NCBI GenBank assembly: GCA_002269645.1 | Contig: NIVC01000521.1 | Span: forward strand, 248,001 to 312,000 | Reading direction: 5' to 3' | Source: Macrostomum lignano | Taxonomy: Eukaryota | DNA: 64,000 bases | Shown here: one piece after another, positions 1 through 14,838 of the stretch | How the letters are laid out: every line of letters starts with the position of its first letter | How positions within the stretch are numbered: the stretch's first letter is position 1 | The notes under the pieces: model-generated | Database searches by the model: none | What the model saw: the letters and a program-made list of their open reading frames with translations, nothing else | Told to the model about the DNA's origin: nothing | Program-made: the position numbers and the translations under genes

Positions 1-1703
1 TAATATTATTTAACTCTGCAAATTTTGTCCACCTTTTTAACGCAATTTATAAATAGGATAATCTCCTGAAATTAGTTTCGATCTTGTAGAAAATGTCAGA
101 AATAAACCTTTTACACTACGAGTAAAGCGGAAGGGCCAAAATTTAATCTTATGAACGTTTGTTTCAATCGTTAATTGATTCTAAAAAGCGGTGTCCTTAT
201 GTCAAAGTATGTCTGTGTAATTTTAGAGAAAATAATAATAGTAAGATACAGTTATAAATCTTTATGCGATAAATTTTACCAAACTTTTATCTCCCAATCC
301 TTTGTTTACCATTCATAAAAGTATTTACTGTGCATCTTAATTATAATAATTGTTTTTATTGGGGTAGTTAACAATACTTTGTTCTATTGTTTTAAAGTCG
401 CCGAAAGTTTTTATATTTAAACTGTTGAATTGTGTACGGAGGGGTGCTGTTCATGGGAGCTCGGCTGTCAGCCATATAACAAAAAAAGTTGATAACTTAT
501 GATAGAACTCTATGACCGAAATCCAAAGTCGCATTCAAATAATTATTCCCACCAATTTCATCGCCTCCGAAGCTGTAGTATGCCTTTGGACACCTGATTT
601 CGCTACCCTGTCTGCAAAATACAAATATACATAAATCGAATTATCGGCTTTTTCGTCATTTGTGGCAAACTTTGTGTTCCCTGTTCATTAATCCCCTATT
701 TAAAACGGCCCTTTTAACAATTGCACTGCTGTGCTTAACAGAGAAGCATGTTATGCAGTGTGGGTGGATATTTGCATGTTTAATAGTAATTCATCTGCAG
801 TGCCTATCAGATCAAGGGGTCGCACTACAGCTTAAGCTGTCGTAGCGTAAGTCCGATCGTACATGTACGTCGGAACTTTTACGCTGCGGAGATATGAGCT
901 AAGAACGATGTTATCTTGCGATGGCTTTATAGAACGGGCCCCAAATCTACGTCACCTCAAAAAGGCTTTGAAATCTAATGTAACGGCAAAATCATTTCGC
1001 ATGTGACACATTCACAGATGCGATTGGGCTCTTAAGCATTATTAATAAGTCAGCGCAACAAGAAAACTTGACACAACCAGAATTCATCTCGTCGTCCCCG
1101 AGATTTACTTCACTAAGCTGACTTTTCTCACTGTCCTGTATTCCCTAATTTGAGAACTTCAATGTGCAGATAATTTGTATGGAATATAAATAAAATGTAT
1201 CTTAACTGCAATAATATTTCTTATAGAAATTAAGTATTATCCCATTTTTATACATAAATAGATAGTACTTCGTACAAGTAAACTATATAGATAGTTAAAG
1301 CTATAGTGCTGAATTTAATAGCGATAACGAGTAGCACCATTTTGCTTCCTGTAAATTAATTTTATAATATAGATTTTTTTCGAAAGACTGTCGCATTCTA
1401 ATTGAATTTTTGTCAAGTTCTTCCATCCTACACCTATCAGATTGCGAGAGTGCAGAAAGCCGAAAAAGGGAACTTCGTCTGTCTGTACACTACTACGCTC
1501 GTACGCTCTAGAATTCTTTCACTGAGCTACTCATAACATTAGCTGTGTTTCAATGTACATACAGCGCAAAATTACGGCCTTTTATACCAGAAAAAGTATA
1601 GAGACGAAATAACCCTGTTTACTTCTGAGTCACCTTATGAGCCCGTATGAATGCAATGTTCCCTCTCTACAGCATCAGAATATCGTCTTACTCTTAGCTG
1701 ATC

Positions 1704-2330
1704 TAGGGGGGGATCGGTGACCAAAAAGTTCTGCAAGTAGCTTTGTTAAAGTTTATAGGAAAAAGTTATTCACGAATTTAGTGCTGCATTCCTTCAAAGT
1801 ATTTCCCTGCAGCTTCTATGCATCGCTGCACCCATATCCGCAAACTCTGAAAGCATCTGAGGTACTCCGATGTTGGCACCCTCTCCAGTTCTGCTTTGAC
1901 CGCTCGAGCCAGGTCTCTATGTGCAAAAACAGTCTGCCAGAAATTGCTGACTTCGGGAACAGCCACAAGTTGTAGGGTGCGAGGTCTGGAAAGTGGAGTG
2001 GGTGGGGCTAACAATCTGCTGCTCCAGAAATGCCTGAGTTTCAGCAGCAGTGTACAGTGCCACATTGTGCAGCAGCAGCCTGGCACCATGCCGAGTTCTT
2101 GCCTGCTGCCGACTCCTCCTGCAGCAGAACCAGCAGCAGCTATATGATTTTGCCATACTTGTAGTTATAATAACATAGGCGCAGTTTTTGTTACTTTTGG
2201 GGTCATAAATCATCGCTTTTGAGCTGGTCTCACAGCCACCTGCGCCTGCCTCACCCAGTGCTGAGGCTGGCGCCAGATGGTCTGAGAGGACGCGGGCGGT
2301 AGCTTTTTTCTCATCATTTTTGACGGGCCA
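1704..2330 (-). mobile_element. Decayed mariner transposon, 3' part with one TIR
   Basis: Minus-strand frames give RLLLHNVALYTAAETQAFLEQQ, HPLHFPDLAPYNLWLFPK (mariner HPPYSPDLAPxDFxLFP) and RDLARAVKAELERVP...QRCIEAAGKYFEG (mariner C-terminus). TA followed by TIR-like GGGGGGGATCGGTGACCAAAAAGTTCTGCAA at 1704-1736. Several frameshifts; upper boundary approximate. Confidence 0.85.
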
Positions 2331-2629
2331 TCAGATTTATGAGGTCAGGGCCTATTGTTCGTGTTCACTCAAGCGTTTGACAGTTTTGACAGTTATGCGT
2401 TTTGCCCCTAAAAGTACTTTGGGATTAGCGATTAGCGATTTCTCTTCACCATCTTCACTTTCTACTTAATAAGCCCTTTCTTATGTATATTTTTTCATTA
2501 ATCCTACGCAAAAGGTCATGAATCATTATGTAGTGATTTTGAGTGATTTATGACCGCACATGGCGTATTTTATGGCCTCGAGGGTACTGATAGGATCTTC
2601 TGGTGACGTGAGTTTGGGTGGCAACAAGC

Positions 2630-2785
2630 TCAGCCAATCAGAAAATTCGACGTCAGTTATAACAAATCGGCTCAGCCAATCAGCGTCGAGGGGTTCCATT
2701 TTAACAAATTGCGGTCCAGGTGGCGGCTATTTAAACAAATAGGCGGCTATTTGTTTTGACGTTTGCTCTTTTGCTATTTAAACCG
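2630..2785 (+). promoter_or_regulatory. Promoter-like cluster: two AGCCAATCAG boxes and GCTATTTAAA boxes
   Basis: CCAAT at 2634 and 2676, CGACGTCA between them, GCTATTTAAA near 2726 and 2773. No convincing downstream ORF. Confidence 0.35.
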
Positions 2786-3964
2786 GTGTTTTTGGCCCGC
2801 TTGGACCTCAACCTCTTGGGACTTTGGCCTAACTTGGGACCTCCCGGAGCGCGACCGTAGTCTCTTGATCCCCGGATCACGTCTTCCCCCATCATCATCA
2901 AGGACGAATTCCCCCGGTCAACAGCAACGATCAGCAAGATTATGATCATCACCTGCTAGCTATCTGCGAAGTTTGTCACAGCCGATTCGGTCACTGTGGA
3001 TTACCTGGTCTCCGGCTGTTGAGTTTCTGATTGGTTGAGTGAGAGGCTACCTTGGCTTGCTTGATTGGGTGATTCCTTATCTGTCCCCTGTTTCAGTAGC
3101 TGGATTAGGCGCACACTTTTGCTAATTTTGTTCAGCAGTGCTGTATTCGAGGCAGAAATCATTCAATAATACTGCTAGTAGTCTATAACTCCAATTTAAT
3201 CTGAAGTGCGAAGTGATCTAAGGAGAAGGTTAAATCTGACAGTTATTTTTATCGGTTTTATTTCTTTGTTCGTCGACGGCTCAGATGAGTAGCTAAGCTA
3301 GTAGGCGCCGGTCACAGTGGACCAATGGCAAGGCAGTTCTCAGTCGGTCAATCTATCAAATCAGTTAGCAAAATTGCCAATAGTGCAGAATCGGCGCTAG
3401 AGACGTACTCCGTGCACTCTAGGTTCGCCAAGCGGCTCGGGTAATGAATCATGCGGTCTCTGAAGTTCGAGTTAGCCTATCATCAGCGCTAGGAGAGGCT
3501 AGTTGGCGCGTTGAAGGCCAAAAGTACAATTCCCCTGCACAAGTCTCCTCTGTACCTTCATGGCCAATGCGATCTAGTCCCAGCAGTGTCCCTTATCATC
3601 GGCTATGACTTCGAGATTGACAGCAAAAAGACACTAGTCGGCAGGTAAGTGCAAAGCGTCTTCTAGTCGGAAGCCCGATTTCGAGAGCCCCGGTGTGGTG
3701 AGCCAAGGCGCACGGGCTGGTAGCAGCGGGTTAGTTAATCTGCAGATTAGCTGATCTCTATCTTCAAAATTCTCCCTGCTCGTCTCTCGCTGTCCCTCTC
3801 TTAGCTATAGGACCTAGACTGCTCGCCACAGATCAAGCTACCAGGGGCTGACCATCTGACAGGAGTTGGGGCCAGGACTCTAATTGATTTATTTTTGAGA
3901 CCTGAGTGAGGCCCGAAGGTTTTCACACAAGGGGGCCCGAAGGTCGAAACCAATCAAATGATGA

Positions 3965-4415
3965 AGGACTGAACTGACAAACTGACGCCTCCATTACTGA
4001 AGTCCAAATACTAAAAATGGTCTGTTGGTATGTGTGTGTATTTTCTAAGATTTTTACCTTCCTAGTTTTAATCCACACGAGGAAGAGATTAAATGCTGTG
4101 CCGCCGACCATAGCCCATTAATGCATCGGTGCAATCATTTTCCATATCGCACGATTATAAATCAATGTACATTCACTAATCATTTACAACGTATCAATCT
4201 CCTGTAAATTAGCATCATGCCAAAATATGCTCTATCTCGCCCTAGTTAGAAGGCTACGCTCAAGCTAGCCAATTCTATTTCTGCTTCAAGCCAAACCTTC
4301 CTGGAAAAAATGAGCATCAGCCCACAGCGCAGCCTGCCTTCAATGTCGTCTTGGATAATTCCATAGGAAATTAAAAACTACCAAATATCCTCATCCTTGT
4401 TGAGGTGGAGAAAAT
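3965..4415. repeat. Diverged ~430-bp dispersed repeat, copy 1 (copy 2 at 35288-35695)
   Basis: Colinear shared blocks such as ACAAACTGACGC, TTATAAATCAATGTACAT, TTGGATAATTCCATAGGAAA, TTGAGGTGGAGAAAA. Confidence 0.85.
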
Positions 4416-4626
4416 GTGTTTGTTTCACCCGTTCAATTTTTTCATAGAGGAAACCAAATCAATTCAACTTGCTGATTTGATCAAGCGCAGAAATGACAGC
4501 CTAAATGTCCAAATTCAGAACAAGTGTACAGCTAAAAACGAAGTGACTTGTCCCGGATAGTGCAGTTTATTAATACTTAAAAATTGAGCTGCATGTGCAA
4601 AAGAGAAGGAGTTGTATCGCGACACT

Positions 4627-5165
4627 CAAGCTGCTGTGGTGACGGCGGACGGCCTGTCTGGCCTGTTTGAAACTTCATCCTGAGTTTTGCAGGGCGGCAC
4701 GCTAGCGCCGTTCCTCTTCATGCTGCTGCTGGACTGGGTGCTTCGGACGTACCGCACTCCAGCTGACGACGGCTTCCTGCTGCGAAAAGCGCCTGAGCGT
4801 ACTTGGCTACGCCGGCGACCTCGCCCTCCTATCCTCGTCCGTTGAAGGCGCCCAGCGCCAGATCGACAGACTGATCGAGGTGGCATTGAACGTCGGTCTG
4901 GTTGTCAACACGCTGAAGACCTAGGTGCTGACTGTGCCGGCCGACATCCCAGCGGAGCTGACGTGCCGCGGCGCAGACGGGCAGATGACCAGGCTCGCAC
5001 GCTGCCAGCGATTCACCTTCTGGTGTCCCACGTGGAGGAGGACCTCCGGCGGCGCAGAGGACTTGCCTGGGCGGCCTTATTCCGTTTGATCCGAGCCGTC
5101 CTCCAGTCCGAAGCGCTGCTCGACCGCCAGAGGGCTCGGCTGTGGCAGGCGGTGGTCGAAACCGA
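4627..5165 (+). pseudogene. RTE-like non-LTR reverse transcriptase fragment
   Basis: VLQGGTLAPFLFMLLLDWVLR, LGYAGDLALLSSSVEGAQRQIDRL (YADD box degenerate), EDLRRRRGLAWAA...LWQAVVET across frameshifts. Confidence 0.85.
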
Positions 5166-5199
5166 CAACAATTTCCCGTCAGCCTTTTTAGCAACTGAT

Positions 5200-5399
5200 T
5201 GTTGGAATCGAAGATGACCTTTTAGTCCAATTCTAAAGAACCGTCAACGGCTGACTTGTTTATGGCAATACGTACAGCGTATTAGCGAGCGCGAGTTGCT
5301 AGGAAAATAAGTTATAATTAATGTGCATGCAGTGCTTATGAGCTCACAGCAAAACCGGTGTGTATTATTCCTTTTGCCTCTTCTCCTAAACAAATAACA
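5200..5399 (+). repeat. 5' LTR of Gypsy element
   Basis: TGTT...AACA termini directly followed by a PBS-like motif and the gag ATG. No second LTR to confirm the left edge. Confidence 0.7.
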
Positions 5400-5400
5400 C

Positions 5401-5416
5401 TGGCGATGACGGTTGG
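5401..5416 (+). promoter_or_regulatory. Primer binding site (tRNA-Ser(GCU)-like)
   Basis: TGGCGATGACGGTTGG one base after the LTR end; resembles TGGCGACGAGG-type PBS. Confidence 0.6.
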
Positions 5417-6199
5417 TTTAATCGAGCCCTTCGAGACCGAGGTGCCAGCTGAAATTGGACGCTGGTTCCAGCGATTTGGGGCGGTCGCCAAAGTGCAAAG
5501 ATGGACTGACGAGATGCTAAAGTATGCACTCATCTCTAACCTTGGAAGGAAGGAGGCGTTTAACATACTGGCTGACGCCTCACTGCCACAGGAGCCTTAT
5601 CAGAAATACTACGAAGATCTAAAGGACCTTCTAGAGAAGGAAATTGAGACTAAAAAATCGGAAATCGCGCACCGATACGCGTTTAATCACATGAAACGTG
5701 TTGCCTTTTTCCAACAGGAAGATGGAGAAGAGGTAGCAAATTACTCCAGAAGACTCCGACTAGCAGCGGAGCCCTGTGCATTTACGGATCGGGAGAGCGG
5801 CTTAGAGACCAATTTATCTTTGGACTCGCAAATAAGGAAATTGTTCGCAAGCTGCTCACTGAGAAGCTAAAAGAACTGACATGGGAAAAAGTAACGTCTG
5901 TCTCGAGCGCATGTGAAGCGGTTAGCCGTGGAGAAAGGCAACTTACCGGCAACAGCGTGCTCTTCATCAAAAAGGACGCGAGAGCCCTAGATCCGAAGAC
6001 AAGGAAGCAACGACGACCAGACAAAGGTGGACGTGAACACAGAGAAGTAAAATGTTATTGCTTTGGAAAAGATGGTCACCGAAAAGAAGATTGCTTCCAC
6101 CGATCAAAGGCTTGTCAATTATGTGGCAAGACTGGACACCTGAAATCTGTGTGTCGATCTAAAAGCCTGGAAGCTGTGTTCAGTCTGGAAGCAGAATAA
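5406..6199 (+). pseudogene. gag: Gypsy gag (frameshifted near 5810)
   Basis: MTVGLIEPFET...RYAF...QEDGEEVANYSRRLRLAAEPCAF; knuckles CYCFGKDGHRKEDC (degenerate) and CQLCGKTGHLKSVC. Confidence 0.85.
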
Positions 6200-6292
6200 G
6201 ATCCATTCAGCAGCAAAGACAAGCGGTAAGCCCAGTGGCTCATAAGGAACGATCATGAGGAACGAATCTTCTCTGTTAAATCATGTCTTCAG

Positions 6293-7753
6293 TTGCGGAG
6301 CAACTCGAGAATAACACGTAAGCTCATTGTGAATGGAGCGAGCATAGAAATGGTTCTGGACACTGGCTCAATATCATCACTGGTCTCCAGTCGAGTTTAC
6401 AAGGACATGCCGCACATCTCAAATATCAAGCTCACAATGAGAAGGTTTGCTGCATATCAGGGAGAGCCAGTGCACGTCTCAGGCGAAGCGACAGTCACAG
6501 TCCAACTGGGCGAAAGGACCTGCAGCCTCCCACTCTTCGTTGCTGACGATGAAAGGGCCGAATCGATATATGGTCTTGAATGGATCTCTGAGTTGGAGCC
6601 CGACCTGTATGCGTCAATATTTGGTCAAGACCGAAAAACCACAGACCTAAGGAAATTGTCGTCGGGGGTATCTAAGGAGCACTTTATCGCTTCATTATCG
6701 ATTAAACAAGGAACAAAACCAATTTTCTACAAACCGCGACAGCTCCCATATGGTCAATTCAAGAGGACGTGAAGGCCGAACTGAACCGAATGGAGCAGGC
6801 TGGACTGCTGAGGAACGTCGAAGCCAGCAACTGGGGTATACCAATTGTGTACGTCCGCAAGCAGTCCGGGAGGGTCAGAATCTGTGGGGACTACAAAGTT
6901 ACGCTCAACCAGCATCTAACCCGCATGGTCTCCACAACACCTACTGTTGACGAGGTGCTGTCCCAATTAGGAAAGGCAAAACGATTCTCAACATTGGACT
7001 TGACTAATGCCTATACGCAAATTCCGGTAGACGAAGACAGCAGAGCCATACAGACGTGGAGTACACCATTTGGACTCTATCAACCTACTGCGCTAGCGTA
7101 TGGAATTAAGCAGGCACCGGCCATCTTCCAATCGTGCATGGATAGACTACTGCTGGGCCTGGATGGAGTCATTTCATATCAAGACGAGATACTGGTGTGG
7201 GGATACCACCAAAATAGCCACGAAGAAAGGCTCGCTCCTGTGCTTAGACTGATCAAGGAACACGGGTCGAATATCAACAACGAGAAAAGCAGCTTTAACA
7301 AGCACGCGATACAGTTCTTGGGATTCGAGAGAAGCGAAAACGGTATCAAACCAGTGAGAAGAAAAGCTGAAGAGATCGCTAACATGGACGAACCGAAGGA
7401 TGTAAAGCAGCTAAAATCGTTCATCGGCATGGTAGAATTCTACGGAAGATGCGTCAGGAACCTAGCAAGTCTGAAGGAGCCTCTGTCTAACTTGACTCGA
7501 TCAGGAGTAAAATGGTTCGGGGGCAAACGCGAAAGTGAAGCCTTTTCGAATCTGTCGAGCTCAAACCCTTCGATCCAAATGATAGGATAGTTTTGACTAC
7601 AGATGCATCACCATCCGGATTGGGAGCGGTTCTAGAACAATCGTCTGGACCCGTAATCTTTATTTCCAAAACACTGACGAAGGCAGAGCTCAATTACGCG
7701 CAGATCGAGCGCGAAGCCCTGGCTATTGTGAAGAGATTTCACAAGTACCTGAT
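6293..7753 (+). pseudogene. pol: Gypsy pol, PR-RT-RNaseH 5' part
   Basis: MVLDTGS; RICGDYKVTLN, LDLTNAYTQI, YQDE in place of YxDD; TDASPSGLGAVL...YAQIEREALAI. Frameshifts and stops. Confidence 0.9.
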
Positions 7754-8094
7754 CACAGCCACAGCCCATAGTTGCAACTGGTACCACACGGGTTCTCGAG
7801 GGCTGCTCCTGTGGGGGAGGGCTCGGGCGTCGGCTGTCAACCCGACCTAGCGCCTGTGTCCCAAGCCCGCAGCCGGCCTCCCGCCCCCTGATCTTGCAGA
7901 GTGTGGACGGGGGGCCTTCCGGAGCCTCACGTGGGAGCAATCCTGGGATATGACGGCAACCCAAAGCTTCTCTGCTGTTTACCGTGGCAGAGGGTAGCTC
8001 CACGAAGCTGGCTGTGGGTATATCCAGTCCCCGAGCGGTTACACCCCCCCCCCATTTTTCTACATTTCAGTTTTTCCATTTCAGCCTACTCTGC

Positions 8095-12660
<4,566 letters not shown>

Positions 12661-12718
12661 GATAGGGGCCTCGCGGCCTATTCGCGGCGCCTGCGCCCCC
12701 CGTCAGTAGTAAGTAAGT

Positions 12719-13150
12719 AAGTACCTGATGGGACACAAGTTTACTATTCGCACCGACCACCACGGTCCACTCAAATTCTTGTTCGATCCTGGCAGAGCAC
12801 TCTCTACAGTGGCCGCGGCTAGGATCCAGCGTTGGGTGATTTCTCTCATGGGTTACAACTACGTAGTAGAATGCAAACGATCGGCTGAAATTCCTGTAGC
12901 TGATGCACTTTCCAGACTACCAGGAGTTTCATCAGAAACTGAGCAGTTTGATGATAGCTCCGTCCAAGACTCACTACTGAAACTACCTATCAAAAAGAAC
13001 AAACTTAGACAGCAGTCAAAGATGGATCCAGAGGCTCGGAAACTGTTTAATCAAGTCAAACATGGCTGGACAGAGAAAGGATGTCAAGAACTCCAGCTTC
13101 AAGGAAGAGTTTGCAATCGAACATGGACTGGTTTACCGAGGAATACCGAG
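12719..13150 (+). pseudogene. pol: Gypsy pol continuation (RNase H end)
   Basis: YLMGHKFTIRTDH...ARIQRWVISLMGYNY...ADALSRLP; breaks off after EFAIEHGLVYRG. Confidence 0.9.
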
Positions 13151-13829
13151 GTTTACCGAGGAGCCTATACGTACATGCAAATGCTAGTAATGCTACATGC
13201 AAATGCAAACGCTAGGGTAGGGCGTTGATAAATTTATTGTCGCTGTACATCCAGTTAAATGATGCGCGTACATTGGACGAAGTTCCGTTTATTTTCGTAC
13301 AGTTGATTTATGATTGTTTATGTCCATCATAAATCATCCCTAGTGTCTTGCAATTTTGCCAACAATATTGAGTTCGATGATAAGTATAATGACGTTCTAT
13401 ATAACTGTCGTAAGTTAATATCTAGAGCCATTTTCGCTCATTGCTATACATTTTACAGACTTTTGCTCATGCTCGAATTTCCCTGCTTGAGGAAGTCGAG
13501 AAGAGTTTAATATTTGCAGAAGGCGCAACAGCTCCCACGACATCATTCCACAACCAGCGCCGAGGCAACCCTGCCCATTCCGCTGGCTCCTGAGCACATA
13601 CAGGCGCGCCAATACTGTAAGCAGGCACAGCACTCATGCACACGCTCACACACTTTCTAATCGTCAAGCATTTACACTCTCTAAGCCAAAAACACCCTTA
13701 GTGCACTTTTATTCTCCCATCTATCTTGGCACTACTGCTGACTATGCTGTGCTGTTGTGTCTCTCGGTTGTCTCTGTATATCTTGGCATTTTTCTCTATC
13801 TCGCGGGAGTCTTCTAAGAATCGAAACTT

Positions 13830-14459
13830 ACCAACGTAAAGTTAGCCGCATGCCCAGCCTCACATTTTTTAAAACAGCTTGGTCCACCCGTGGAAATGAC
13901 TTAAATCAAAAGTTTTTCGCTAGACTAGCTTGGTCCAGAGGGTTTCAGACCTTCCCAAAGTAAAGCCTTGGTTCTAGACACAAAATAAAATTCGTCAAAG
14001 CCGGAAAAATGCGGCTGGACCATGGGCTGGAATCCCGAGAGTGTAGGATACGCTGAAAGTCTGGTCCACTTGCGGAATCTCGATTTCCTATCTATTTTGC
14101 ATATTTTGGTACACGTTTGAGGCAAATCGGTTGGATAACAAAAATTCTACAGGCCTCCAAAGTTCGGAATTCTAACAAATTGGAACATTTCCCTTTCTGT
14201 GGCTTACGGAGGGTTACAAAATCTTGGTCCACAAAAGGAATATGAAACTACTACATCTGTTCTTTGATTTGACATAAGAAATGACCGTCTACACTCCTGT
14301 ATTGCTGAGATATAGCCGCATGAACAATGTACCGTCAGTTGAGCACATTGTAAAAAATAATCGTAAACGCATTAAACGCATTAAAACGCATTTTCGTGCG
14401 CGAAAAAAGAAAAAAAATTTAATAAAGCATGCGCCATTTTGATTGCTTAAATTAATTTC
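13830..14459 (+). repeat. Left TIR of foldback element
   Basis: Starts ACCAACGTAAAG; five TGGTCCA/TGGACCA motifs. Confidence 0.93.
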
Positions 14460-14838
14460 TATATAATAAATTAATTAGATTTTATTCCAAATATTGTCTT
14501 TTAAGAAAGTAAGTGTAGGAGGGTATAAAAATCCCAATAATAATTTCTTATGAATATAGGCTACTCAAACTCAAAGTAATAAAGCCATAATAAAACAATT
14601 AGTTTGTAATGTCTATTGGTTCCATTAGACATTTTGTATTTCTTTCTATATCTTGCTTTATAAATATTTTCACACTGCCACAGTAAACAAATGTCTCTAG
14701 AGCCCTGTCAGAAATATTTAATAAACTAGTAAATGAAGACGCTGTCGTCTTCAAAGGTGGGACGATGGTTTATATTGTGTCCATTATTGTTTATGGCTAT
14801 GACATCTATTTATTTAACCTAAATTGAGAGCTAAAAAG

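Noticed and set aside
3884-3957. Possible Penelope-type hammerhead ribozyme (CTGAGTGA...GGCCCGAAGGTC-GAAAC)
   Set aside because: The core has an extra base, stem II is split by a 24-bp duplication-insertion, and stem III lacks the pairs next to the cleavage site; at best a relic.
13925-14125. 66-aa ORF duplicated at 33138-33338
   Set aside because: Chance ORF inside the TIR; used only as evidence of TIR identity.
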